A stretch of DNA of 64,000 bases from Octopus sinensis. Lineage: Eukaryota. Below the pieces are notes generated by a model, which saw only the letters and a list, made by a program, of their open reading frames with translations, searched no databases and had not been told where the DNA came from. The translations under genes were made by a program, and so were the position numbers. How positions within the stretch are numbered: the stretch's first letter is position 1; every line of letters begins with the position of its first letter. The DNA lies in the NCBI RefSeq assembly GCF_006345805.1, contig NC_043014.1, forward strand, positions 16,368,001-16,432,000. Reading direction: 5' to 3'. This document shows positions 1 to 11,974 of the stretch, piece by piece.

Positions 1-394
1 AACACTTATGACGTTATATCATATAACGTTTTTTTAAACAATATTAATAGCGTTCTGTCAATCGCTATACAAATCCATCATTTTTTGCTAAAATGTCTTA
101 TTGACGAGTTTCGTTTTTTTCACTTTCCCGAAGAGAAGATTGCATTATTTATACCATTTATTATTTTGAATAGTATCAGTGGAATTTTCGAAACGTATCG
201 AAAGTAAAAATATTTGATTACACCTGCGTTAAACTCCATTTATTTATTCATATATTATTCAAAATATTCAACGTAAACACGAAGTTTCTACCTTTATAAA
301 CAAGGAGTTACAACACCTTTACTTGTGAGACTTTTGCTGCCCTAGTAACTATTTTTTTTTCCGTGTTAATTGTTAACAAGGTAAAAATACACTC

Positions 395-609
<215 letters not shown>

Positions 610-694
610 ATTGGCAGAGCTTGGAGAAATGAGTTTTCAGTCAAGTACATCAGTCTTGGACTCTGATCTATAAACAGAGGCCTTTACATACCCT

Positions 695-830
695 TTAAAT
701 CCACTTTCCATGCTGGCATGGGTTGGATGGGTCATTAGTATCTAAGTCATTTCTTACTGGGAGCTACAACACCCAAAGACCGGTGACTGTATGTGTTATT
801 GGGTTTGGATGCCATTCCTATCACCAACTA
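695..830 (-). mobile_element. Degenerate 3' tail of the RTE LINE family seen at 30.7-34.1 kb
   Basis: tttccatgctggcatgggttgga...ggatgccattcctatcaccaac matches the reverse complement of that element's 3' UTR. Confidence 0.5.
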
Positions 831-1914
831 CTTTACAGAGTGTGCTGGGTACATTTTCTCATGGCAACCTTAATGAAATCTTATCTCACCTTGTAAGATC
901 ACTTTTAGAGGACCTCGTTATAACAAGTAACAGTGTGTGGGCTTTTATATGGTTGCTCAACCTGCTAGCAATAGTGAAATCTCCCATAAATCACACATAA
1001 ATGAGAAGGACATGTTTGCCAGTCTTAAATATACAAAATAATAGGATAGTCATGGTTAGATTGCTTTTGATTATGGGTCTTCTCAACACAGGGCTGAAAT
1101 AGAGCAAAATTACAGTGAAGGAACTTCTATGTGGTTACATTACCTGCTAAAAATAATGACCAAATCTCCCTCAAATCACATCTTTTCATCTTAAAAGAAG
1201 GATACAGTGGATAATGTAATCCTAGATATACATGTGCAAAACAACAACAACAACAAAAAAGACAGATGGTCATGGATGGAATGCCTTTGATCCTAGGCTT
1301 TGTGGATCCAGACTGAAATTTGCACTAAACAAGGACTACGGCAACAAAACAAAAATGAAGTGGGGATGGCGACTGTTATCAGACCAACAGACTGAGCTGA
1401 AATAAATAAAGCCTCTTGCTTAGCACTCTAATACAGTGCATATAGCAACATGTTGAAATCCATTTTTTAAAAACATTTTAGCATTTAATCCAACCATATG
1501 CATCCAATCCAAATATTGTTTTATGTTTAAAACAGCCAGAATCGGCCTCTCACACCTACCCTACAATGTTGTTCTAAAAATAAGTAATTGCATCATTGAA
1601 ATCTTGAAGCTAAGAGATAATTCAGGATTAATTCAAAACAATAGGAATAAATAAGCATTACTTTTGACAAAATGACCAAGAACTACACACATATGTATTG
1701 ATAATGTTGTTGTTTAACCCCGGGTCATGTGATCAACAATATTTCCTGTCATGAACATCATCCCTTTTTGTATATCATGAACAACATTATTCAGTTTTAT
1801 CCTTTCATTAAGGTAATAGACATGACTTTAGAGACAGTGAAGATTTGACTGCTATTTCTAGCAGATCGGACGTCTACACAGAGTCTCTGTATTTATCTCA
1901 TTGTATTGTTTACA

Positions 1915-2302
1915 TCTTTATATATAAAAGTGAAGTTGTGTGTCTGTCTCCTACGATTTAGATTCCTAACTCCTCCCACATTTTGCGGTGCAGTTTAACC
2001 AAAACCGGGTATCTTATAGTCGTGATTCATATCGAGCCCTTCTGGGTATTAGCGCGCGTCTACGATGAGTCTACGATTTTAAAAAAAGATTTACCATCAT
2101 TTTTTCTATTTTAATGCATTTTTTCGCTATTATATAAGGGAAGTAACTCTCTAAAAATATCTACGATGAGTCAATGATTTAAAAAAAAAATTACCATCAT
2201 TTTTTTTCCATTTTTTTTGCTATTTTTTGGCTATAACTCTCTAAAAATGCTTATATAGTTATTTCCCTTACAAACCCGAGCAACGCCGGGCGATACTGCT
2301 AG
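1915..2302 (+). mobile_element. Non-autonomous Helitron-like element
   Basis: A|TC 5' end at 1915, subterminal GC hairpin cccgagcaacgccggg, and CTAG|T 3' end at 2299-2302. Internal ~100-bp direct duplication (ctacgatgagtc at ~2059 and ~2161). Confidence 0.7.
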
Positions 2303-2867
2303 TTTCTTAATAAAACTATTCGTACGTGCGATACAAGTATATATCTCGCATGAGCCAGTCAACTCGTAGGATAAGTCTGGCTAGCGCGGGCGCGCGTCTG
2401 CGCGTGTGCGCAAACCGGGTCCAGTCTACGCTACTAGTACATATTACCGCAAGTGAACTTTACTGGTCCCTTTTTAATAAACCTCCACGTGATCATTATT
2501 TATTTATTCCTCTGTTTTTGTTCCTTTAATTTCTGACTTAAGAATAATCACATTACCGAAGCCGCGCTAAAAAAGCAGATATGTAAGTTCATTTAAAATT
2601 ATTTTTGTTTGTATATCGTTTAAAATTATTTTTGTTTTTATATCATTGACCGCCTCTAAAATTAATGACTTCAGTTTTGAGCAGATCATGAACTATGTAC
2701 TCAGAAACACCTTTTTATTTTCTTTCATTTTTCGGGTATTCCCCTTTATAAACATTTGATATCTTGTCATGCTTCAACACACATTTTTGACATGAAAAGT
2801 AAATAACCTGTACAATAATATGTGGGTAGAAGTAAAAAGTTTTTCTCATTAAATTGTAACCAGTCCT

Positions 2868-3080
2868 GTTTGTGTGTCTGTGTTTGTCCCCCTAGCATTG
2901 CTTGACAACCGATGCTGGTGTGTTTACGTCCCCGTCACATAGCGGTTCGGCAAAACAGAACGATAGAATAAGTACTGGGCTTACAAAGCATAATTCCCGG
3001 GGTCGATTTGCTCATCTAAAGGCGGTGCTCCAGCATGGCCGCAGTCAAATGACTGAAACAACTAAAAGAGTAAAAAGAGT
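2868..3080 (+). mobile_element. 3' half of CORE-type tRNA-derived SINE
   Basis: cttgacaaccgatgctggtgtgtttacg...ggcggtgctccagcatggccgcagtcaaatgactgaaac plus (aaagagt)n tail, shared with many copies in the window. Confidence 0.85.
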
Positions 3081-3961
3081 CCTCAGTATTTAAACACCTC
3101 AGAGAAGCCGCGTCTCAAAATTCTTTCTAGCTGTGGGTTCAGACGAGGAATAAATTTTTAGAATTATTTTTATGATAAAATCTTTCTTTGCCTGACAATA
3201 CAGCTCAAATTAGAAGCAATCTTTTCTAACATTTATTTATTCATAGCCATGATTTAAAATATTCATCTTTTCCCGGCAATTTTCTTGTGAAAGAGAATCC
3301 TTCCTTTATTTTGCCTCCATGAACATGTGGTGTTTGTGTATTTTGTTAATTTTCATATTTCCTTGCTGTAACTCCCTTTTCTATCTGCTGCTTGCCTATC
3401 ATACATCTCTTTCTCCCTACAAAATCACTCTGGACACGTTCTGTATTCATAATGTGTGTGTGTGAAGTAGATCTCCGTCGCTTTCGACGATGAGTATTCT
3501 AGTTTGTGTGATCAACTGAGTTACATTCTCAGTTGAATCAACACTCTTTAAGCAACAGAATATTCCACAGATACTTTTTCTTACCCTTAATCACGTAATC
3601 CTCGAGCAGAGTTCCATACATTATGTAACAGAAAAAGGTCGACGCTTTGAATATTAATCCTGTCGGTTTGACAGATTTTTTTTCACTCATAAATAAGCCT
3701 TGGGTCGATCCGAGGCTATGTTGAAATATTGCCCAAAATACCATGTAGGTTCAAACCCTGACTCAATGACTGTTCTTATCCACTCACCGGCTTTTCTTGC
3801 GTATCTAGACACTATAGTTATATATGTATATATATATATATCATCATCACACACACACAAAAGCATGCTTCAGTGTTTATCGGCAGAGGTTAGCGATTCA
3901 AGGGCTGAGTTTTGTTCATTGTACATATATTGTACTTTTATGTCTGTGTGTGTATATCTCT

Positions 3962-4139
3962 TTTCTCTTTTACTTGTTTCAGTCATTTGACTACGGCCAT
4001 GCTGGAGCTTTTAATCAAGCAACTCGACCCCTGGACTTATTCTTTTGTAAGCCCAGTACTTATTCTATCGGTCTCTTTTGCCGAACCGCTAAGTAACGGG
4101 GACATAAACACACCAGCATCAGTTGTCAAGCAATGCTAG

Positions 4140-4223
<84 letters not shown>

Positions 4224-4392
4224 TACGACAGGCTTCTTTCAGTTTCCGTCTACCAAATCCACTCACAAGGCATTGGTCGGCCCGGGGCTATAGCAGAAGA
4301 CACTTGCCCAAGATGCCACGCAGTGGGACTGAACCCGGAACCATGTGGTTGGTTAGCAAGCTACTTAACACACAGCCACTCCTGCGCCTATA
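3962..4392 (-). mobile_element. Full-length CORE-type tRNA-derived SINE with central (TA)n
   Basis: Reverse complement gives a tRNA-like head (gtggctgtgt..agtagcttgc..ggttccgggttcagtccc), CORE-like ttgggcaagtgtcttct, a central microsatellite and the family tail. Confidence 0.9.
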
Positions 4393-4399
4393 TATATAT

Positions 4400-4723
4400 A
4401 TATCATCATCATCATCATCATTTAGCGTCCGTTTTCCATGCTAGCATGGGTTGGACGGTTCAACTGGGGTCTGGGGAGCCCGAAGGCTGCACCAGGCCAG
4501 TCAGATCTGGCAGTGTTTCTACAGCTGGATGCCCTTCCTAACGCCAACCACTCCGAGAGTGTAGTGGGTGATTTTATGTGCCACCGACACAGGTGCCAGA
4601 CGAGGCTGGCGAACGGCCACGCTCGGATGGTGTTTTTATGTGCCACCGACACAGGTGCCAGACGAGGCTGGCAGACGGCCACGCTCGGATGGTGTTTTTA
4701 TGTGCCACCGACACAGGTGCCAG
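4400..4723 (-). mobile_element. 5'-truncated RTE 3' tail with 62-bp tandem repeat (~2.4 units, 4576-4723)
   Basis: (CAT)n tail; atgtgccaccgacacaggtgccaga recurs at 4576, 4638 and 4700. Confidence 0.85.
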
Positions 4724-4747
4724 ATATATATATATATCTATATCTAT

Positions 4748-4807
<60 letters not shown>

Positions 4808-4810
<3 letters not shown>

Positions 4811-5705
4811 GAGGTCTGATCAATAAGTATCCAGATTGATGACATAGTAACAAAACTAAAGCACACAAAGTGAAGCCACATGGCACAGATTCACCTTGGA
4901 CTCTGCAGTGCATGTGCACTAAGTTTTAATGTTCTAGCTCACTTCGACTGTTTACAGCAGCGCTTGGAAGGAACACGTGTAGCATGTGATCATTGCCTTG
5001 ACAATGACAAGAGAAAGTTGTCATGGTGATACCTGCTCAGAGGCCTACACAAAGTTGCAGAAAGTGTATAGAGAGGAGTGTATGAGACGCACACATGTGT
5101 GTGAGTGTTTCAAATGTTTCCAAGTTGGCCAAAAAAATGTTGATAGCGACGAACAGTTTGGGAGATCCACAACCAGTAGATCTGAGAAGAGCATTGCAGA
5201 TGTGCATGCAACTGTGAGGGGAAACTGTTGAATCACCATCTGTGAGTTATCAGAGGATGTGCAGATTAGTTACAGTTCAGTTCAGTCCATTATCACTGAA
5301 GATTTGGGTATGAGACACATGTCTGCCAAGTTTGTGCCAAATCTGCTTTCAGCTGACCAAAAAGACTCTTGGGTTTCAGTTGCACAAGATCTCTTTGTGT
5401 TGAGAATGATGAGAACTTTTTGAAAACTTTGTGTAGGGCTCTGAGCAGGTATCGCCAAGCTTTTGGCAAAATTTCATGCAGATTCTCTGCTCAACTTTCT
5501 CTGTCATGGTCGATGCAACGACCTCACACTACACATGTTCCTTCCAAGCACTGCTGTTTTAACAGCGGAAGTGAGCTAGAATGTTAAAACTTAGTGTCCA
5601 TGCACAGCAGAGTTCAAGGTCAATCTGTGCCAAGTACCTTCACTCCATGTACTTTAGCTTCGTTACTATGGCAATAGTCTGGATACTTATTGATCAAACC
5701 ACGTA
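4808..5705 (+). mobile_element. Rearranged mariner element with long inverted arms
   Basis: TA-flanked TIRs tacgaggtctgatcaataagtatccaga / tctggatacttattgatcaaaccacgta. Transposase remnants (GDTCSEAYTKLQKVY, LGMRHMSAKFVPNLL, ENDENFLK). The right arm is an inverted copy of the 5' end. Confidence 0.9.
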
Positions 5706-5774
5706 CTTGGTCAAAGAACAGCCAAACAATAGGGTGCTAGGCAACTAACACAGAGGTGTCAACATCACTAAGGA

Positions 5775-6670
5775 GGTTGATTGGCAGAGTTGTTAGAGCA
5801 TCAGACAAATGCTTTGTGGTATTTGTTCTAAGTTCAAATCCCACCAAAGTCAATTTACCTTTCATCCTTTCGAGGTCAATAAAATAAGTACCAGTCAAAT
5901 GCCGAGGTCAAAAAAATATCAACTAGCTCTTATCCCCTGCAAATTTCAGGCCTTGTGCCTATGGTAGAACAGATTATTAGTATGGTGATGAGTTGGCAGA
6001 ATTGTTAACATGCCAAGCAAAATGCTTAGCGGCATTTTAAAGGTGGCAAGTTGGCAGAATCGGTAGCACGCTGGGCGAAATGCTTAGTGGTATTTCGCCT
6101 GCTGTTACATTCTGAGTTCAAATTCTGCCGAGGTCGACTTTGCCTTTCATCCTTTCAGGGTCGATAAATTAAGTACCAGTTACGCACTGGGATCGATGTA
6201 ATCAACTTAATCCCTTTGTCTGTCCTTGTTTGTCCCCTCTATGTTTAGCCTCTTGTGGGCAATAAAAAAATTTTTTTTTTAATGCTTAGCGGCATTTCAT
6301 TTAGCTTTACATTCTGAGTTCAAGGTTTACTTTGACTTTCATCCTTTTGGGGTCAATAAAAATACGTAGCAGTCAAACATTGGGGTTGATGTAATCGACT
6401 TACCTGCTTCCCTGAAATTTGCTGGCTTTGTGCCAAAATTGGAAACCAAAAGCCGCAGGCTGGTAGAATTGTTAGCACACTGGGCAAAATGCTTAGTGGC
6501 ATTTTGTCTTTACATTCTGAGTTCCAATTCCGCTGAGGTTGACTTTGCCTTCCATCCTTTCGAGATCGATGAAATAAGTACCAGTTATTCACTGGGTTGA
6601 TGTAATCGACTACCCCACCCCACCTCTTCCAAAATTTCAAGCCTTGCGTCTATAGCAGAAAGGATTATTA
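5775..6670 (+). mobile_element. Cluster of tRNA-derived SINE copies (second family)
   Basis: Repeated A/B-box heads (tggcagaa..gttagc; gagttcaaatt) followed by ctttgcctttcatcctttcggggtcgataaattaagtaccag. Confidence 0.85.
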
Positions 6671-6776
6671 TTGTTGTCGTTGTTGGTGGTGGTGTTATTA
6701 TAGGCTGAAGGATCGAGAGAATTGTTAGGGAGTTGGACAAAATACCTGGCTGCATTTCTTAACATTCTGAGATCAT

Positions 6777-7625
6777 AGGCATAGGAGTAGCTGTGTGGTA
6801 AGTAGCTTGCTTACCAACCACATAGTTCCGGGTTCAGTCCCACCTTAGATTAATCAGAGTTAAGTGTACAGCTTTGGTGCACAACAGGCATGGCTATGTG
6901 GTAAGAAGCTTGCTTCCCAACCACATAGTTCTAGGTTCAGTCCCAGTGCATGGCAACCTGGGTACGTGTCTTCTACTATGGCCTTGGGCTGACCAAAGCC
7001 GTGTGAGTGGATTTGGTAGACGGAAACTGAAAGAAGCCCATCGTATATGTATGTTTGTATGTTTGTTCCCTAACCATTGCTTGACAACCGATGTTGGTGT
7101 GTTTACATCCCTGTAACTTAGCAGTTTGGCAAAAAGAGACTAGTAAAATAAGTACTAGGCTTGCTGCAAGCACTGTTACATTAAACATCATGGAATTAGA
7201 ACTTAATTTGCAACTATGTACACCTGGGAGCAGAGAGTGCCTGCTACTTCACCTTAGTAGATGATAATTAGCTGAGAGGTTATACCTGTTCAGGTATTCT
7301 TTTACGTGTTTCAATCATTTGACTAGGATTATGCTGAAGCCTTTTAGTCAAAGAAATCAACCCCTGGACTTATTCTTTTAAGCCTGGTACTTATTCTATC
7401 TGTCCGTTCTGCTGAACCGCTAAGTTACAGGAATGTAAACACACCAACATCAGTGGGGGAAGGGGACAGACACAAAGACATAAATATATATAAGATGGGC
7501 TTCTTTCAGTTTCCATCTACCAAATCCACTCACAAGGCTTTGGTCGGCCCAAGGTGCCATGCAATAGGACTGAACCCAGAACCATGTGGTTGGGAAGCAA
7601 GCTTCTCACCACACACCCACGCCAC
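6777..7625. mobile_element. CORE-type SINE fragments in both orientations
   Basis: Head fragments at ~6777 and ~6889 (+); inverted copy at ~7290-7625 (-). Confidence 0.75.
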
Positions 7626-7821
7626 TCGACCCTCAACAGTCAAAAGCAACTCAACTGAATTTTAACTATTTGTCCCGAGATGGTTGCTGTTGCTTGGGCA
7701 CCATGATCAAAGAGGTTTCTCCTACAACCATCCCATTTATATATTCAGTGGTTGATTAACTAGATGCCAGTTGGGTCCAGGTGCCCAATATAAAGGGTTT
7801 TAAAAACAGTTCTCATATCAT

Positions 7822-8307
7822 TCAGAACACCTTACTTCCCTGGGCATGGATACATTGAAACTCCAATGTCTGGCAGCTGACTTGGCAGACACCCATAAAA
7901 TTATTAACCATCTTACTAACAATCACTCTGAGCACCTTTTCAAACTCCACCTGTCTAACACTTGTGGACATGTTTACAAAGTCAAAAAGCAGCACAGCTC
8001 CCAGGACTTTCGGAAACATTTTTTCACGCTAAGTGTTGCTGAAGTATGGAAAAAACTGCCGGCATCAGTTGTTAGTTGCTGGAGCACTGCATCCTTCAAA
8101 ACTTCCATGCTTCCTGAGATTCGCCAACACTACACCTGATTTTCTCTCCTCCATACACACACAAGCATGTATCTGACTCATACACTGTTCGCTGTCCAGG
8201 CATTTGTACATTACTGCATATGCTTTATACACAATTTTGGCAAGTTGTGGTGCACCTGAGCACTGTATACAATAATTTCATTATTATTATTATTATTATT
8301 ATCATTA
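7822..8307 (+). mobile_element. 3' end of CR1/L2-group LINE
   Basis: ORF 7846-8139 (DTLKLQCLAADL..HKI..GHVYK..RKHFF..VW..LP..VV..FK) resembles a CR1-group ORF2 C-terminus and is followed by an (ATT)n tail. Confidence 0.8.
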
Positions 8308-8464
8308 TCTTCTTTCGTGATTTCACTGTGAATTTAGCTCATCAAATTCAACTCATACAGGTGTCTGATAACTTACTTAAGCCTACCCCACCACCTGCCT
8401 CCATATATACACATGCTTACATATGTATTTCTGTGCATACACACACACACATATATATGATAGA

Positions 8465-8840
8465 TGCAAGTGTGGGTATGAGGTAAGAAGCTTGCTTCCC
8501 GACCACATGGTTCCAGGTTCAGTCCCACTCTGTGGCACCTTCGACTAGTGTCTTCTACTATAGCCTCATGCTGATCAAAATCTCGTGAGTGAATTTGGTA
8601 GACAGAAACTGAAAGATCAATATATATATATATATATAATGCATGTGTGTGTATCTGTGTTTGTTCTTTTGCCATCTTTTCACAACTGATGCTGGTGTGT
8701 TTATGCCCTTGTAACTTAGCAGTATGAGAAAAGAAATTGATTGAATAAGTACCCAAAAAATAAGTCCTGGGGTCAATTTCTTTGACTAAAACCCTTTAAG
8801 GCAGCGCTCCAACACGGCTGCAGTCAAATGAATGACTGAA
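8465..8840 (+). mobile_element. CORE-type SINE
   Basis: Head gtggg..aggtaagaagcttgcttcc through tail gcagtcaaatgaatgactgaaacaagtaaaa. Confidence 0.85.
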
Positions 8841-9097
8841 ACAAGTAAAACAATAAAAGAAAGTATATCTATCTGTCTATCTATCTAATATGTATTTCTA
8901 TATATATTATTATTATTATTTTTCTAAATCTCTCAAAGAGAAACATTCAGTAATAGGTCTTTAAAGTAGAGGCTATTTGCCAACATAATGTGGCTGTCCT
9001 GGAAGAGGCGATGTTACTGTTATTTCTAGCTGGCTATACAACACAATATCTGTGTCCTTATATTTTCGAACAGGGAGTTCAGCACTCCCATCCAGTG

Positions 9098-9134
<37 letters not shown>

Positions 9135-9155
<21 letters not shown>

Positions 9156-11130
9156 TGACTGCGTTGAAGATCGTGTGGCACCAGACATCAAGGTTCGCAG
9201 CCAAGTCTGACCAGCATTGGTGGTTAATATGACATGCTGTTAGAGACTTCTTGAGGCAGTCTTTGTAGCGCTTCCTCAGAGCTTCTCTCACACGGTGGCC
9301 GATGGAGAGTTCGCCAAACTGGGCAATCTTAGGAAGGCAATGGTTCTCCATTCTGAAGACATGCCCTGCCCATCGGAGGTGAGACTTCAGTAGCATGGCT
9401 TCAATGCTGGGGATCTCGGCCCGCTCCAAGACTTCAATGTTTGTGACGAAATCACTCCAGTGAATGTTGAGGATGGTGCGGAGACATCGTTGGTGGAAGC
9501 GCTCGAGGAGACGGATGTGACTGCGGTAAGTAATCCAGGTCTCCAAGTCATAGAGAAGAGTGGCGGGAACCACGGCCCTGCTGACACTGATCTTTGTTTT
9601 GTTCTTCAAGTTATCATTGTGCCAAACACGTTTGTACAATCTGCCAAAGGACCTATTTGCCTTAGAGAGTCTATTTTCAATTTCTTTGTCGATCCTTGCA
9701 TCGAATGAGATGATGCAGCCCAGGTATGTAAACTGCTGAGTTGAGTTCAGTTTGGTACCACATATAGTGATGTGGGGTGGGCGGTAATCCTCTTGGGGTG
9801 TAGGTTGGTGAAGTACCTCCGTCTTTTTGAGTCTAACTGCCAGGCCAAAGAGCCGTGAGGCGTCTGCAAGGCAGGACGTGATGGCGACAAGGACAGCGTC
9901 GTCTGTGAAGAGAAGGTCTTGGATCAGCCTCTCCTGGGTCTTGGTGTGGGCTTGGAGGCGCCATAGATTGAAGAGGCTGCTATCCAGACGATACCTAACA
10001 CACCCCATCCTCATCCTCCATTTCTTCAGTTGCATGCTTGATCATGCTGAAGAAGATGCTGAAGAGATTCGGTGCCAGGACACAACCCTGCTTCATGCCG
10101 TTGGAGATGGGGAAGGGCTCCGACAGGTCACCATTGAGTCTTATCTGACCACGCTGATTCTCGTGCAGCTAGATCACCATCTGTAGAAACTTGGTGGGAC
10201 AGCCAAGTCGTTCCAGGATGAGCCATAGTCCTGTCCTGCTCACTGTGTCAAATGCTTTTGTGAGGTCGACTAAAGCAGCATAGAGTCCCCTGTTTTGTTC
10301 TCGACATTTCTTCTGGAGTTGGCGGAGGACGAACACCATATCCGTTGTGCCTCTGTTAGCTCTGAGGCCACACTGGCTCTTGGGGAGGTTTTCTTCAGCA
10401 ATGGTTGGTACTAGCCTATTGAGCAGGATCCTGGCAAGTACTTTGCCGGCGATGGAGAGTAGGGTGATTCCCCGGTAGTTGAAGCTGTCAGACTTTTCAC
10501 CCTTGTTCTTGTACAGGGTTATGATGATGGTGTCGTGAAGATCCTGTGGCAGCTTGCTCTGCTCCCAGCAGCAGACAAGAAAATCATGGAGCATTGGACC
10601 TCCATTCTTCCAGATTTCTGGTGGGATGCCGTCAACTCCTGCTGCTTTGCGACTCTTGAGTTTTCCTATGGCTTCAATCGTTTCTTCGAGGGTGGGTGGT
10701 TTGTTGAGCTCCTCTTTGAGTGGAAGTTGAGGAATGCGAAGGATGGCAGCGTCCTGTATGGTACGGTTACCACTGAAGAGGCTTTGGAAGTGCTCGGACC
10801 AGCGAGCGAGGATGGAGGTGTTATCGGTGAGGTCCTGTCCATCTGAACTGTGCAGGGGACTCTGGACCAGGTAGGTGGGGCCAGACACTGCTTTCAGAGC
10901 CTCATAAAAGCCTCTATAGTCTCTGAGGTTCTCCATGCCAGGTGGTTCCACCACACGTTCTGCATTTCTCTGAGTTTTCGCTGTAGGGTGCTGCATGCGC
11001 GTCGAAAGGTAGTTTTCTTTACAGGACAGGCTGGTTGTGCGAGGTGGGCCTAATGAGCTGCCCTCTTCCTTGCTAGTAATTCCTGGATCTCCTTGTCATT
11101 TTCATCAAACCAGAAGCTGAGGACTACTGA
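9135..11130 (-). mobile_element. Degenerate, truncated RTE-clade (BovB-like) LINE reverse transcriptase
   Basis: ORFs 10996-10169 and 10035-9079 carry KAAGVDGIPPE, NYRGITLLS, QCGLRANRGTTDMVF, DLTKAFD, KQGCVLAP and LLFTDD, with in-frame stops and a frameshift between them. Confidence 0.93.
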
Positions 11131-11239
11131 AGATCTGTATGGGAAACAATTGAGGAAATCAGTGAACAAACTGTATGACTAAAAGAACTCATGCTGGACT
11201 ACTGCCAGCATGTTTAGCAAAAACATTATGAAATAGTTG

Positions 11240-11345
11240 GTGAAATATTGAAAGCTGTTCTTGAAAAAATGGGAAAGAAGAAATCTCCAGATCTAGGCCT
11301 AATAACAAGTTACTGGCTGAAGAATTTTACCTTTTATTGGCAAGA
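11240..11345 (+). mobile_element. Small R4/Dong-like LINE RT fragment
   Basis: KAVLEKMGKKKSPDLGLITSYWLKNF resembles the K.PG.D.I..YWLK region of RLE-type LINEs; short and degenerate. Confidence 0.4.
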
Positions 11346-11974
11346 TCTCATATGCCAAGCTGTTGACATGGTCAATCCCTTCTATGGTTTGTGTTTTACA
11401 TGCCAAGTACCGAAGTTCTTGGGGAAAAATGCATCTTCGTAATTTATACACTACAAATGATCATGTTATACAAATCTTCAAGACCTTAAGGTTTAAAGAT
11501 GATGAACAAAACAAGATACTCTCTTTCACAACCTTGCTACCAAGCAGGTGGCCAGTTTGTCAGGAGTCTGTGAGGGGCTCCACACTAAAAGTGGATGGAA
11601 TTATGAAGAGCTTTATTTAACAAAAGTAAATAAAAGAATAACAATATGTTTTATAAGCTATCCACAGTCCAATACAAATAGTTAGAATTGCTTTTCATTA
11701 ACCTGGGGAATTGATTGTTCCTCTTTCCAAATATTTAGCACTGTCAGGTGCGACATACTAAACTACCCCAAACTTTTTTTAAATATAAAATAGCTGGAGA
11801 TGGGGGCCATATGTTTTTAAAACTGAACATTCAAACCATCTTTGCTATAGTACATTTGTTGAAAAAATTAAGAATAATAATGATAATAGAAATAATACAA
11901 ATGATGTTAATAAATGCATGATGACTTAACACCAGAATACCTGGACAAGTCTTTATGTTACCTTTATTTTTCTG

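Noticed and set aside
6039-6140. tRNA-like A/B boxes (many places)
   Set aside because: No cloverleaf could be completed; each continues into a SINE body, so they are SINE heads rather than tRNA genes.
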